From Candidatus Poribacteria bacterium (GTDB lineage: Bacteria; Poribacteria; WGA-4E; PCPOR2b), in contig OZ244587.1 in the NCBI GenBank assembly GCA_965218095.1, forward strand, positions 3,456,001-3,520,000: a DNA stretch of 64,000 nucleotides, written 5' to 3'. The notes under the pieces are model-generated. The model saw nothing but the letters and a program-made list of their open reading frames with translations. It made no database searches and was not told the origin of the DNA. The translations under genes and the position numbers were made by a program. Positions 51,452-62,431 of this stretch are shown piece after piece (within the stretch, counting starts at the first letter, position 1; every line of letters starts with the position of its first letter).

Positions 51452-52240
51452 ATGAGCCTAGATACGAAGTATGACATCAACCAGATGATGGAGGAATGGC
51501 GGATCAATGGGTTCGTCGTTTTCGAGGATCTCATCCCGACGGAGAAGATTGACCGTATCCGCGATGCCTGGGTGCCGATTCGAGACCGCGACATTGAGCA
51601 ACAGGGGAAAAATCCGTCCCGCGGCTATCATCGCTATAACGTGCAGGTGCCATTCAAGCGCCCCTTGGTCGACGAAGAAATCTTCGAGCATCCCGCCCTG
51701 GTTGAATTTCTTGGGCGCGTGATGGGGCCAGATTACGTGTGGACACACTTCGACTCGAACATACCACTGCCGGGAACAGACTATCAGAAATGGCATCGGG
51801 ATGGCATGGCTTCCCCCTTCCCAGGCGTTATGACGCCGGCTTTCTGTGTCGGCGTCAAATTCCCACTGGTTGACACGAACGAAGATAATGGCAGTTTTGA
51901 AGTCATTCCAGGTACGCAGTACGTCACCAATGACGAATTACCCCCCAATTTCGACGACATCTTTGGCGCTGGCGCAGACCGCCGTGGGAGGTACCACCCA
52001 ATCCGCCTCAATCTGAAGAAGGGCTCGCTCTGGGTTCAGGATGGGCGCGCCTTTCATCGCGGCACCCCCAATCGATCGGATCACGCACGCGATGAACTGT
52101 GCATGGCATTCAGCGTCCCCTGGCTATTCAGCGGGCGGCTGCATGAGTACACCGAGAAGCACTTCCCACGGGACCTTTGGGAAAGCCTGTCGCCCCGCGC
52201 GAAACATGTGCTGCGATGGCAGCGAGTGAAAGATGAGTAA
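51452..52240 (+). CDS. phytanoyl-CoA dioxygenase (PhyH) family
   Basis: QKWHRD, NGSFEVIPG, HRGTPN.S..R. Confidence 0.9.
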   Translation: MSLDTKYDINQMMEEWRINGFVVFEDLIPTEKIDRIRDAWVPIRDRDIEQQGKNPSRGYHRYNVQVPFKRPLVDEEIFEHPALVEFLGRVMGPDYVWTHFDSNIPLPGTDYQKWHRDGMASPFPGVMTPAFCVGVKFPLVDTNEDNGSFEVIPGTQYVTNDELPPNFDDIFGAGADRRGRYHPIRLNLKKGSLWVQDGRAFHRGTPNRSDHARDELCMAFSVPWLFSGRLHEYTEKHFPRDLWESLSPRAKHVLRWQRVKDE

Positions 52241-52488
52241 GGAAATGAAGGAGCCGGGTGGGTAGCTAACCGAATTTGAACCCAAGGGAGGATACCGAAT
52301 CCTCCCCGCATCAGGTTGGACAGGGAATCGGTTTTAAGCCCCTGTTATCCTCTCTATTCTAATGATCTGCTTTTGACATTTGAGGTACGATCATAGTTCG
52401 ATAGCCAAATCAACAGATTTAGAACATTATCTGTCATTTGAAGAGGATTGCGCGGATAGATCAGCAACGACCTGATATAGGAGAAATT

Positions 52489-55400
52489 ATGTCCAATTGT
52501 AGCACATCTCGGTCCCGAATCCGAGACAATCACAAGCGGGGAACGGTTGGCGATTTTCTGAAGTCCGAAATCGAAAACGGTTCGTCGCTCTCCATTGTAT
52601 CGGCGTACTTCACGATTAACGCCTTTGACGCGCTAAAAGGGTATCTGCGCGGAATTGACGGACTTCGATTTCTGTTTGGTGAACCCGACTTTATCAAAAG
52701 CCTTGATCCGGAAAACACCGACGAGAAAGCCTTCAAAATTGTGGACGATGGCTTGGAACTTCGGGAACAGCTTCAACAGAAGCCGATTGCCAAAGCGTGC
52801 GCCGAGTGGATAGAAGATAAGGTAGAGATACGGTCAACCCGGCAATCGAATCTACTCCACGGAAAAATGTATCACATTGCCAACAACGGGGTGGAAAAAG
52901 CCATCATGGGCAGTTCCAATTTTACCGTGCGCGGACTCGGGTTGAGTCCGCCCCACGATAACATTGAACTTAATCTTGAGGTAGACGACTCCCAAGATCG
53001 CCACGACCTGAAAGCATGGTTTGATGAAATCTGGAATGACATGAACCACGTCGAAGATGTTAAAGCAAAAGTGATTGCCGCACTCAACCGGCTTGGAAAA
53101 GACCACGCGCCGGAGTTCATTTACTATAAGACGCTCTACGAGTTGTTCCGGGACGACTTAGAAGCCAGAATGAACAACGACCAGAAACTGGAAGACACGC
53201 ACCTGTACGACACAGAAATTTGGAAGGCGTTGTATGCCTTCCAGAAAGATGGCGTAAAAAGCGTTATCGCCCGTCTGTTGCGTCACAACGGTTGCATCCT
53301 CGCCGACAGCGTGGGATTGGGCAAAACCTACACGGCATTAGCAGTTATCAAGTTCTTTGAATTAAGAAATGACCGGGTGCTGGTGTTGTGTCCCAAAAAA
53401 TTACGCGAAAACTGGGCACTGTATTCAGAGCGTCATAACCAGCGCAACAACCCTTTCGAGGAAGATAAATTCGGTTATCATCTCATGTCGCATACCGACC
53501 TATCCCGTTACAGTGGTGAGTCCGGCGGCATCAATTTGGAAGGCTTTAATTGGAGCAATTTTGACCTAGTGGTGATCGATGAATCGCACAACTTCCGCAA
53601 CGACACCAAACCCGTTCGTGATGATGCCGGTAATGTCATCCGCCACAGTCGTTACACACGGCTGTTAGAGGAGGTTATCAAGGCAGGCGCCAAAACGAAG
53701 GTACTGATGCTTTCGGCGACGCCGGTGAACACCTCTCTTATTGACCTGCGAAATCAGATCTACCTGATGACCGGAAAGCGCGAAGAGGTCTTCCAGAAAA
53801 GTTTGGGGATCAGCAATATTCGCGCTTTGCTGGGGCAGGCGCAAAAGACGTTTAAGGCATGGGAGGACAGCCCGGACGAGGGCGGTGGTAGAGATAAGTC
53901 GAAGTTGCTGGCTGAATTGGGCGCCGATTTCTTCCAGTTACTTGGCGGCGTTTCTATCGCCCGCTCTCGGCGTCACATTGAGAATTTCTACGCTGAAGAA
54001 ATAGAGAGAATCGGCAAGTTTCCCGAACAACTGAAACCGGAAAACCATCACCCACCGACCGACCTGACCGGCGCGCTCTCTTATAAATACTTGGCTAAGC
54101 AGATAGGGAAATTCTCTCTGTCTATCTACACGCCGTCTAAGTACATTACCGACCCGAAGGTAAAGCGACGGTTGGCACAAGAGAAAAAAGAACGGCGGTT
54201 CAATCAGGAGGATCGCGAGCGGTTCCTGATCGGGATGATACGCACGAACTTCCTGAAGCGTTTGGAGAGTTCTGCACACTCCCTCACAGAAACACTCGGA
54301 CGCACCATCGGCAAAATTGACACCTTGCTGGAAAAGATTAACCGCTATGAACAAAACCAGCAGATGCCAGAAGCAGAAGCCGACATCCTTCCGGATGACG
54401 ACGAAGACGATGAGGAGTTCCTAGTGAATAGGGCACGTCACCCCTATCACTTGGGAGAATTGGATTGCTCCGGCTGGAAGGACGATCTCATAAAGGACAA
54501 ACAGACTCTGACCGAGGCGTGGGAAAGCGTCAAAGCAATCACGCCGGCGCGGGATGGCAAGCTCAAAGCGATCAAGGCGCATATTCGGGACAAGGCGCGA
54601 AACCCGATGATCGACAAGGACAGCAAGATCAAACGCAAGCTGCTGGTGTTCACTACTTTCAAGGACACGGCAGAGTACCTTTATGATAACCTGTCAGACT
54701 TGGCGGCGGAATTAGACCTGAACATGGCGTTGGTCTCCGGCGACGCGACGCGAACCACAATTAGCCCAAACAACTTCAACGCTATCCTGACTAATTTTGC
54801 GCCACGAGCCCGTGGGCGCGCCAACAACGGCGGCGGCGAAATCGATCTGCTGATCGCCACCGATTGCATATCAGAGGGGCAGAACCTGCAAGATTGCGAC
54901 ACGGTGTTGAACTACGACATCCACTGGAATCCGGTGCGTATCATCCAACGCTTCGGCCGCATTGACCGCATCGGCAGCCGCAACCTGTCTGTGCGAATGA
55001 TTAACTATTGGCCCACCGAAGACATGGAGGTCTATTTACGTTTGCAGAGTCGTGTGGCGGCTCGCATGGCACTCGCGGACGCAGCGGCAACCGGCGATGA
55101 AGACCCATTGAACGAATTGGCATACGAACAAGCCCAGATGGAACTGAATTTCCGCGACCAGCAATTGAAGCAACTGCGCGAAGATGTGCTCGACCTAGAC
55201 GACCTCTCCGACGGGGTTGTTCTGAGCGATTTTACGCTCGATTACTTCTTCACCCAATTGTTGCAGTATCTGGAAAAAAACAAGGCGGAATTGGAGTCAA
55301 CTCCTAGCGGGGTGTATGCAGTTACCCATGACGAAAAACGTCCCGAGGAAACGGGTGTCATCTTTTTTCTCCGCCAGCGGAACGCCAGCACGGATAAACA

Positions 55401-55779
55401 GAGAAAAACAGCCAGCCCCATTTACCCTTTTTATACGGTCTACATCCGCAACAATGGTGACATCCGCTACGGTTGTGCAAATGCCCGACAGGTGCTCGAT
55501 CTGTTTGAATCGGCGGCTGTCGGAAAGCCCAAACCGCTGCAAAACCTGTGCATCCAGTTTGACGGCGAAACCAGAAGCGGCAGGGACATGGCGCACTATG
55601 ACAAACTGTTGAAAGCGGTCATCGACCACATCAGCAGGGCACATAGAAAGACACAGATCAGAGGTATGGGGATTGGCGGCACACGCGGCTTCAAACTAGC
55701 TCCGAAATCCGAAGCCCCCAGAGATACCAGCGATTTTGAGTTGGTGACTTGGCTAGTTATCACAACCCCGCAGTCATAG
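52489..55779 (+). CDS. PLD-nuclease-SNF2-type helicase
   Basis: HGKMY...MGSSNFT (PLD), ADSVGLGKT, DESHN, LSATP, SEGQNLQ and QRFGRIDR motifs. Confidence 0.92.
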   Translation: MSNCSTSRSRIRDNHKRGTVGDFLKSEIENGSSLSIVSAYFTINAFDALKGYLRGIDGLRFLFGEPDFIKSLDPENTDEKAFKIVDDGLELREQLQQKPIAKACAEWIEDKVEIRSTRQSNLLHGKMYHIANNGVEKAIMGSSNFTVRGLGLSPPHDNIELNLEVDDSQDRHDLKAWFDEIWNDMNHVEDVKAKVIAALNRLGKDHAPEFIYYKTLYELFRDDLEARMNNDQKLEDTHLYDTEIWKALYAFQKDGVKSVIARLLRHNGCILADSVGLGKTYTALAVIKFFELRNDRVLVLCPKKLRENWALYSERHNQRNNPFEEDKFGYHLMSHTDLSRYSGESGGINLEGFNWSNFDLVVIDESHNFRNDTKPVRDDAGNVIRHSRYTRLLEEVIKAGAKTKVLMLSATPVNTSLIDLRNQIYLMTGKREEVFQKSLGISNIRALLGQAQKTFKAWEDSPDEGGGRDKSKLLAELGADFFQLLGGVSIARSRRHIENFYAEEIERIGKFPEQLKPENHHPPTDLTGALSYKYLAKQIGKFSLSIYTPSKYITDPKVKRRLAQEKKERRFNQEDRERFLIGMIRTNFLKRLESSAHSLTETLGRTIGKIDTLLEKINRYEQNQQMPEAEADILPDDDEDDEEFLVNRARHPYHLGELDCSGWKDDLIKDKQTLTEAWESVKAITPARDGKLKAIKAHIRDKARNPMIDKDSKIKRKLLVFTTFKDTAEYLYDNLSDLAAELDLNMALVSGDATRTTISPNNFNAILTNFAPRARGRANNGGGEIDLLIATDCISEGQNLQDCDTVLNYDIHWNPVRIIQRFGRIDRIGSRNLSVRMINYWPTEDMEVYLRLQSRVAARMALADAAATGDEDPLNELAYEQAQMELNFRDQQLKQLREDVLDLDDLSDGVVLSDFTLDYFFTQLLQYLEKNKAELESTPSGVYAVTHDEKRPEETGVIFFLRQRNASTDKQRKTASPIYPFYTVYIRNNGDIRYGCANARQVLDLFESAAVGKPKPLQNLCIQFDGETRSGRDMAHYDKLLKAVIDHISRAHRKTQIRGMGIGGTRGFKLAPKSEAPRDTSDFELVTWLVITTPQS

Positions 55780-55792
55780 CAAGTCCTTAGTC

Positions 55793-55945
55793 CAGTAGGG
55801 GCAGGTCTTGTGCCTGCCCTATACACCAACAGACACAATAGGGCAACCACGAGGGTTGCCCCTACGGAATCACCCGAATGACTGTAGGAGGGATTTCCTA
55901 ATCCCGACACCTCTCGTTCAGTAGGGGCAGGTCTTGTGCCTGCCC
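55793..55945. repeat. cluster of GTAG-type REP palindromes
   Basis: CAGTAGGGGCAGGTCTTGTGCCTGCCC occurs twice (55793, 55919) with an inverted GGGCAACCAC..GGTTGCCCCTAC between them. Confidence 0.8.
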
Positions 55946-55982
55946 AAAACTGAAGGCTGCTTAACAAACAGGAACGAAATAC

Positions 55983-58900
55983 ATGAACAACGAAGAGATC
56001 AAAAAGAAGGAAGAAATTGAATCCGCTTTGGCGGCAATAGCCGGCGGCGATTTTTTGGAAACCTCAATGGAACTACTAGCGGTTTTGGGCTACCGCAGCG
56101 AACTCACTGATGAACTTCCGGAAACGGTGGATGGCTTTATTGAGGAATTACCAGCCCGGAACAAAAACACCAAGACGGAACAGGAATTCCGAGATGACGC
56201 GGAATCGGTAGAGTTGGTGTTTCAAGTTGGGAGCGACGAAATTGCTGGTAGTCAGCTAACGTTGTTTGAGTCACGTTTCGATGAGGAGAATGAAGATAGT
56301 TTCATGTTTTTTACGGTTGAGTTGAAAGATAAAGACTACCCCCGAGGCAAATACGCCCAGTTTACACGAGAGGTCAACAAGCGGATGGTGATGCCGGTTG
56401 TGGTGTTCTTTCGTGTTGAGAATCGCTTGACCATAGGCTTTGTCGGTCGCCGTCCAAACCAGCTTGATGAATCCAAAGATGTCCTCGAAAAGGTGACACT
56501 GATCAAGGACATTCGGCTGAATGATCCGTACCGTGCACATAAAGATATTCTGTTTGAACTCTCGTTGGCGGAGTGCGCGAAATGGATGGCTGACCACAAC
56601 CAACCGAAAAACTTCGATGGCTTGCTCGCGGCTTGGCTTGCCCGACTGAATACCGAAGAACTCAACAAGCAATTCTACCGGAAGTTGTTCCACTGGTTTG
56701 AATGGGCGGTTGAGGAGGCAAAGTTTCCGACAGACAAAAATCGCACCTTGAAGCCGGAGGAGCACGTCATCCGCTTAATCACGCGCCTGCTGTTCGTCTG
56801 GTTTATGAAGGAAAAGAGGCTGGTTGCGGAAGAACTGTTCAACGAGACGCAAGTCTCCCCCTTACTGAAAGACTACGACCACGACACCGGCGATTCCTAC
56901 TACCGCGCGGTGCTACAGAACCTGTTTTTCGCCACACTGAACACCGAGATAGAGAAGCGTCAGTTTAGCAAAGGGGGAAACCCCGGCCATCGCAATTTCT
57001 CACGGTATCGCTACAAGGAGCAGATAAGCGACCCCGATAAACTGCTAAAACTGTTCGTCCAAACGCCATTTATCAACGGGGGCTTGTTTGATTGCTTGGA
57101 CAGCGAGGCGGCGACAGAGGGCGGCGGCTACCGAATTGATTGCTTTTCCGATGTGCACTACAAGAAGTTGAGCATTCCCAACCGTCTCTTTTTTGACAAA
57201 CAGCGCGGTCTGTTTCCCCTGCTGGAACACTACAAGTTCACCGTCGAGGAAAACACGCCGATAGAGCAGGAGGTCGCGTTGGACCCGGAGCTACTCGGCA
57301 AGGTGTTTGAAAACCTACTCGCCGCCTATAACCCCGAAACCGGCGCAACGGCACGGAAGCAGACAGGTTCTTATTACACCCCGCGCGCCATTGTGGACTA
57401 CATGGTGGAGGAAGCATTAATAGCAGGGCTAACAGGACAGGTGTCGCCAACAGATGGCAATGCAAAGTTTTGGGAAGAACGGTTGTACTATCTGTTCGAC
57501 TATGCGAAGGTGTTCGACGATGCGAGCGAATGGTTCGATAGCCGGGAATCGGACGAGGTTGTGCGGGCAATTTCAGAACTGAAGATACTGGATCCGGCGG
57601 TCGGTTCGGGTGCGTTTCCGATGGGTGCCTTGCACAAACTGACCCTCGCACTGCGGCGACTTGACCACGATAACACCCGATGGGAACAGCTACAGAAAGA
57701 ACGCGCCATCCAGCGGGCAGCGGATGCGTTTGATACGAAGGATAGACAATCACGCGATGAAGAACTCAAGGAAATTAGCAGAATCTTTGAAAATTATTCC
57801 GGCAACTTCGGGCGAAAGTTGTATCTGATCCAAAACAGCATCTTCGGTTTGGACATTCAATCCATTGCCTGCCAAATCGCCAAACTCCGCTTCTTCATCT
57901 CCCTTGCAATTGAGCAGAAGCCGGATCGAGACGCCGACAACTTTGGGATTAAGCCCCTGCCGAACCTGGAGACGCGCTTTATCGCAGCAAATACGCTAAT
58001 CGGCCTCGAAGGGGAGCTAACCCTGACAAGTCCCAAAGCGAAGGCGCTAGAGCATAAATTGAGCGCGAATCGCGAGCGACATTTCCACGCAACGACACGC
58101 CCACAGAAACTGGCGTGTAAGAGAGATGACAAGAAATTACGACGAGAATTGGCTACAGAGTTAAGACATATCGGTATGCCCGCCGATGATGCGGATAAAG
58201 TTGCCGACTGGGACCCCTACGACCAGAATGCAAGTGCGGATTGGTTTGACGCAAGACGGATGTTTGATGTTAAGAACGGGTTTGATGTGGTGATTGGCAA
58301 TCCGCCGTATATTAAGGAATATACATTTAAGCACGCATTCGATGGGCTTCGAGAGTCTCCTTACTATCAAGGTAAAATGGATATTTGGTATATGTTTGCC
58401 TGTGAAGGAATAGATATCATAAAAAACGGTGAAGGTGTAGTTACATTTATTGCTCAGAATAATTGGGTTACCAGTTATGGTGCTTCAAAGATGAGAAATA
58501 AAATTATTAAAGACGCGCAGGTTTTGAGTCTAATAGATTTTGGTAGTTTCAAGATATTTGAGTCCGGAATACAAACAATGATAATGATTTTCAGAAAAAA
58601 CACCGACTCTGACAGTTACTCGTTTGATTATAGGCGACTTCATGGGCGGGACCTCAATATCAACGATGTTATGTTGCTTCTCAATAAGAGCGATAACAGT
58701 AAAGCAGAACACTTAACTCCGACGATTAAAAGAAGTGAATACGCAGGTAGATCTTTAACATTTAGCAATTCTGAAGTTGAATTGATTCTTGAGAAGATTT
58801 CATTAAAGGGCAATCTTCGTCTAAATCCCAACAAGGAAGTCGCTCAAGGGATTGTCCCCAATCCAGATGTGGTTGGAACGTCGAATTTAAATAAGATTCC

Positions 58901-59645
58901 AGAACATAAAATGATAAAATACGGAATAAAAAAAGGCAATGGTGTTTTTGTCGTACCGAAAGACTTTTTCAAGAGGTTAAACAATTATGAAAAAAACCTG
59001 CTTAGGCCTCTTTATGAACCTAGCGACTTAACCCGATACTTTATAAAAAAACCGAGTTCCAAGGAAATCATTTACATAACAAAGTCCAATGATGACAAAC
59101 AAATACCAATTTTATTAGACCATCTAGAGAAATTTAGAGAGATAATGAACGCAAGAAGGGAAAACAAAAATGGTCGCCTCAATTACTATCACTTGCATTG
59201 GCCGAGAGATGAGTATTTTTTCAAACCAGGTCCTAAAATTTTATCGGTTCGAAAGTGTACTAGGCCAACCTTTACATACACTGAGGAGAGCGCATATGTA
59301 ATGATGGCTATAAACGTCATAAAATCAACCCGATTAGCTACTAAGTATCTTGTAGGTTTGTTAAACTCCAAACTGATTGCTTTTTGGTTAAAACATAGGG
59401 GGAAGATGCAAGGAACAAATTATCAAATTGACAAACAGCCGTTATTAGCAATCCCCTTAATTTCACCTTCATTTGAACAAAAGGCTTCGGTTGAAACTTT
59501 AGTTAATCAAATCCTTGAGGCCAAGTGCGCTGACCCAGATGCGGACACTATCGCCCTTGAAAATGAGATTGATCGGTTGGTATACTCATTATACGATCTC
59601 ACCCCCAAAGAAATCGCTATTGTGGAGGAAGCGGAAAATGTCTGA
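55983..59645 (+). CDS. Eco57I/TaqI-like N6-adenine DNA methyltransferase with C-terminal TRD (type IIG-like)
   Basis: GSYYTP, LDPAVGSGAF, IGNPPY, TaqI_C-like LLNS..., IDRLVYSLYDLT tail. Confidence 0.92.
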   Translation: MNNEEIKKKEEIESALAAIAGGDFLETSMELLAVLGYRSELTDELPETVDGFIEELPARNKNTKTEQEFRDDAESVELVFQVGSDEIAGSQLTLFESRFDEENEDSFMFFTVELKDKDYPRGKYAQFTREVNKRMVMPVVVFFRVENRLTIGFVGRRPNQLDESKDVLEKVTLIKDIRLNDPYRAHKDILFELSLAECAKWMADHNQPKNFDGLLAAWLARLNTEELNKQFYRKLFHWFEWAVEEAKFPTDKNRTLKPEEHVIRLITRLLFVWFMKEKRLVAEELFNETQVSPLLKDYDHDTGDSYYRAVLQNLFFATLNTEIEKRQFSKGGNPGHRNFSRYRYKEQISDPDKLLKLFVQTPFINGGLFDCLDSEAATEGGGYRIDCFSDVHYKKLSIPNRLFFDKQRGLFPLLEHYKFTVEENTPIEQEVALDPELLGKVFENLLAAYNPETGATARKQTGSYYTPRAIVDYMVEEALIAGLTGQVSPTDGNAKFWEERLYYLFDYAKVFDDASEWFDSRESDEVVRAISELKILDPAVGSGAFPMGALHKLTLALRRLDHDNTRWEQLQKERAIQRAADAFDTKDRQSRDEELKEISRIFENYSGNFGRKLYLIQNSIFGLDIQSIACQIAKLRFFISLAIEQKPDRDADNFGIKPLPNLETRFIAANTLIGLEGELTLTSPKAKALEHKLSANRERHFHATTRPQKLACKRDDKKLRRELATELRHIGMPADDADKVADWDPYDQNASADWFDARRMFDVKNGFDVVIGNPPYIKEYTFKHAFDGLRESPYYQGKMDIWYMFACEGIDIIKNGEGVVTFIAQNNWVTSYGASKMRNKIIKDAQVLSLIDFGSFKIFESGIQTMIMIFRKNTDSDSYSFDYRRLHGRDLNINDVMLLLNKSDNSKAEHLTPTIKRSEYAGRSLTFSNSEVELILEKISLKGNLRLNPNKEVAQGIVPNPDVVGTSNLNKIPEHKMIKYGIKKGNGVFVVPKDFFKRLNNYEKNLLRPLYEPSDLTRYFIKKPSSKEIIYITKSNDDKQIPILLDHLEKFREIMNARRENKNGRLNYYHLHWPRDEYFFKPGPKILSVRKCTRPTFTYTEESAYVMMAINVIKSTRLATKYLVGLLNSKLIAFWLKHRGKMQGTNYQIDKQPLLAIPLISPSFEQKASVETLVNQILEAKCADPDADTIALENEIDRLVYSLYDLTPKEIAIVEEAENV

Positions 59646-59756
59646 ATCACGGATTAAACAGATGACGCGGATAGCGCGGATTTCTTGAATCTGTGGCAAT
59701 CTGCGATTCTGACAATGAAGAAATTACTATTGTGGAGGAAAGAGAAGGAAATTATA

Positions 59757-60893
59757 ATGGATGATTTAACTACTTCGCTACTACGGGATTTAGAAGAGGA
59801 AGCCACTGAAGCTAAAGTCGAAACCGAAGAAGCGTGCAACAAAATGCTCAGAGATTTGCACACTAATAACCCCCAACTCATGGCTGCAGAGGTCAAAAAA
59901 CTTAATGATGTGAACCTTACAATGTTCTTTGGCAATAGTTCCGCTGAATCCAAAAGCTGGAAAAAATACCATCACCAATTGGAGGCTCGCCTGCTCAAGC
60001 AGATTTCTTCTGAGGTGGGAAAGTTTCTTAATTGCCCAGTAGAAGCCAGTGAGTTAAAAAAGTACCTGGTAGACTCTAGAAACAAAAACAATGAGTTGAA
60101 TGGAATTGTTCATGGTCCCAAGCGGGAAATTGACAAAGTACGTCAAATCTGCGATGACTTTCAAGTTAGGACTATGACAGAGATACGGGACATGTTTATA
60201 CGAGTTACGATTGAACGCGCTCGTCACATCGGACAGCCCGTCTTACCGGATATTCGTATAACACTACTCTTCCCCACCTCTAGTACGACAAATGTACTGA
60301 TATATCATGCGGAGGCGGATGTAGTGAAGGCGGATTGCATCTATCGTCTACCATCAGTGACACTAGATACCAATGTGGTTCTCTATATGAAGAAAGGAAA
60401 GATAGTAGACCCGCTGGAACTCCGCAAGAAATGCCCGGTGGATTTAGCAGTTACACACCGAATCCGAGAGGATCTGAAACCTTTGCTGTCTGATGAGCAG
60501 TTTCTTACAGATAACTATATTAGAAAAATTCCTTCAATTATGCGCTGTTGTTTCGACAGCCGAAGCGAGCGATTCCTACTTAATCCAGAGTTCGACAAAC
60601 CGGGGAGTACCGAGTTTTTAAAGATGGCCGAATCTATTATTGACGATTTTAAACAAACCGGGGAGAATCCTCCAGAATATCAAGACTGGGATCACCTCCA
60701 CGCCCATTACATGTCTGGGAGAGATTTTTTTCTGACAGAAGATAAAAAAATTCTTAAGATTAATTGTCAGTTAAAAGAATTAGGTATTCGCGTAATGAGA
60801 TTTGAAGAATTCTTAAGATTGATTGAAAAAAATGGGATATTGTTGTATCCAAAAAATCCTGAAAATCCTAAAATCCAGTCAATCCAGATTTAG
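59757..60893 (+). CDS. hypothetical protein with C-terminal PIN-like domain
   Basis: VTLDTNVV ... DWDHL ... FLTEDKKIL acidic PIN pattern. Confidence 0.65.
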   Translation: MDDLTTSLLRDLEEEATEAKVETEEACNKMLRDLHTNNPQLMAAEVKKLNDVNLTMFFGNSSAESKSWKKYHHQLEARLLKQISSEVGKFLNCPVEASELKKYLVDSRNKNNELNGIVHGPKREIDKVRQICDDFQVRTMTEIRDMFIRVTIERARHIGQPVLPDIRITLLFPTSSTTNVLIYHAEADVVKADCIYRLPSVTLDTNVVLYMKKGKIVDPLELRKKCPVDLAVTHRIREDLKPLLSDEQFLTDNYIRKIPSIMRCCFDSRSERFLLNPEFDKPGSTEFLKMAESIIDDFKQTGENPPEYQDWDHLHAHYMSGRDFFLTEDKKILKINCQLKELGIRVMRFEEFLRLIEKNGILLYPKNPENPKIQSIQI

Positions 60894-60907
60894 ACAAAGG
60901 AAAAAGA

Positions 60908-62431
60908 ATGAGCGAACCACTAGAAGTATTCATTACCTATTCACATGAGAACACAGAAGCAAAAGACGAACTCATAACGCGCCTTGCTGTGATGAAGCAA
61001 CAAAATGAATTAGTAACTTGGCACGACAACGAAATGCTTCCCAGTGACAAGTGGCGTGAAGAAATTTTTTCCACGCGCCTTCCCAATTCGGATCTTTTGC
61101 TCTACCTCGTCTCCGCTGCGAGCCTTGCCTCTGAAAACTGCAATAGGGAGTTGGCAGTAGCCTTAGAAAAAAACATAAAACCCATCCCGATTATCCTTGA
61201 GGATTGCGATTGGAAAAAGCATCAACTTGGTGAATTCCAAGCTCTTCCTGACAAAGGCAATCCTATTAACGAGTGGGAATTTAAGAGCAAAGGTTGGCAA
61301 AATGTAGTAGAGGGCATCCGAAAATTCGTTGACGCAATGCAGTCTCAGGTGGATTCGCCTCCCAGTACGCCTGAAGAAGAACTACGCGCTGAATTGGCAA
61401 TCCAACAGGGTAATTTTCTGCTAATGCTCAAGCAAGTAGACAGGGCGATAGAAACCTATTCACGCGCGATTGACCTCAATCCTCGCGCTGCTCATGCCTA
61501 TTATAATCGTGGCAATGTTTACCACAACAAAGGCGAGTTTGGACGCGCCATCACAGATTATACCAAAGCAATAGAATTGAACCCTAATCTTGCGGAAGCC
61601 TACAACAATCGGGGTAATGCTTACATGGACAAAGGCGATTCAGGGAGTGCCATTGCAGACTATAATAAAGCGATACAACTCGACACCAATTGTGCCAGTG
61701 CCTATTACAATCGTGGTGTGGCTTACGGAGAAAAAGGCGATACTGACCGTGCCATCGTAGACTATACCAAAGCGATAGAACTAAATCCTGATTATACCGA
61801 GGCCTATAACAATCGCGGTCTTGCTCACAGTAAGACAGGCAATCTTAATTGTGCCATTGCAGACTATGACAAAGCGATACAACTGCGACCAAATGATGCC
61901 GAAGCCTATAACAATCGCGGTCTTGCTCATAGTAAGACGGGTAATCTTGACTGTGTCATTGAAGACTTTACCAAAGTGATACAACTGCGACCAAATGATG
62001 CCGAAGCCTATAACAATCGTGGAGTGGCATACCACAGAAAGGGCGAAATTAATCTTGCCATTAAGGACTATAACCGGACGATGGATTTGAATCCCGATTT
62101 TGTTGCCAAAGTCTATTGCAATCGTGGCGAGGCGTGGTTACATCTGAGAGAATGGGGCAAAGCCAAATCAGACCTGACTGCTGCCAGAGACATGGGTGTA
62201 GATATCATTACCTCGTTTCATAACGAATACGCAAGCGTCTTGGACTTCGAGCAGAAACACGATGTTCAGCTACCAGCAGACCTCGCCGCCATGCTGACAC
62301 CCCAGGGAGTCGCCATAGGAGAAGAAGTAGAGCGGGAAGCCCCCCATGAATTGGCGAGCGATTTTGAAATCGTCTTAGACGAGATAGTAAGAAAATACGA
62401 TCGAGCATGGAAAACTCTAGCCAAACCTTGA
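60908..62431 (+). CDS. TIR domain + about 8 TPR repeats + antitoxin-like tail
   Basis: VFITYSH, SENCNREL, IPIILEDCDW; repeated AYNNRG units. Confidence 0.9.
   Translation: MSEPLEVFITYSHENTEAKDELITRLAVMKQQNELVTWHDNEMLPSDKWREEIFSTRLPNSDLLLYLVSAASLASENCNRELAVALEKNIKPIPIILEDCDWKKHQLGEFQALPDKGNPINEWEFKSKGWQNVVEGIRKFVDAMQSQVDSPPSTPEEELRAELAIQQGNFLLMLKQVDRAIETYSRAIDLNPRAAHAYYNRGNVYHNKGEFGRAITDYTKAIELNPNLAEAYNNRGNAYMDKGDSGSAIADYNKAIQLDTNCASAYYNRGVAYGEKGDTDRAIVDYTKAIELNPDYTEAYNNRGLAHSKTGNLNCAIADYDKAIQLRPNDAEAYNNRGLAHSKTGNLDCVIEDFTKVIQLRPNDAEAYNNRGVAYHRKGEINLAIKDYNRTMDLNPDFVAKVYCNRGEAWLHLREWGKAKSDLTAARDMGVDIITSFHNEYASVLDFEQKHDVQLPADLAAMLTPQGVAIGEEVEREAPHELASDFEIVLDEIVRKYDRAWKTLAKP

Noticed and set aside
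55793-55945. Possible mini CRISPR array (27-bp direct repeat)
   Set aside because: Only two copies 126 bp apart with other palindromes between them, a GTAG-REP signature, and no cas genes.
52489-59645. Calling the locus DISARM or BREX
   Set aside because: No drmA/drmB/drmC or brxC/pglZ-like genes are present in the window.
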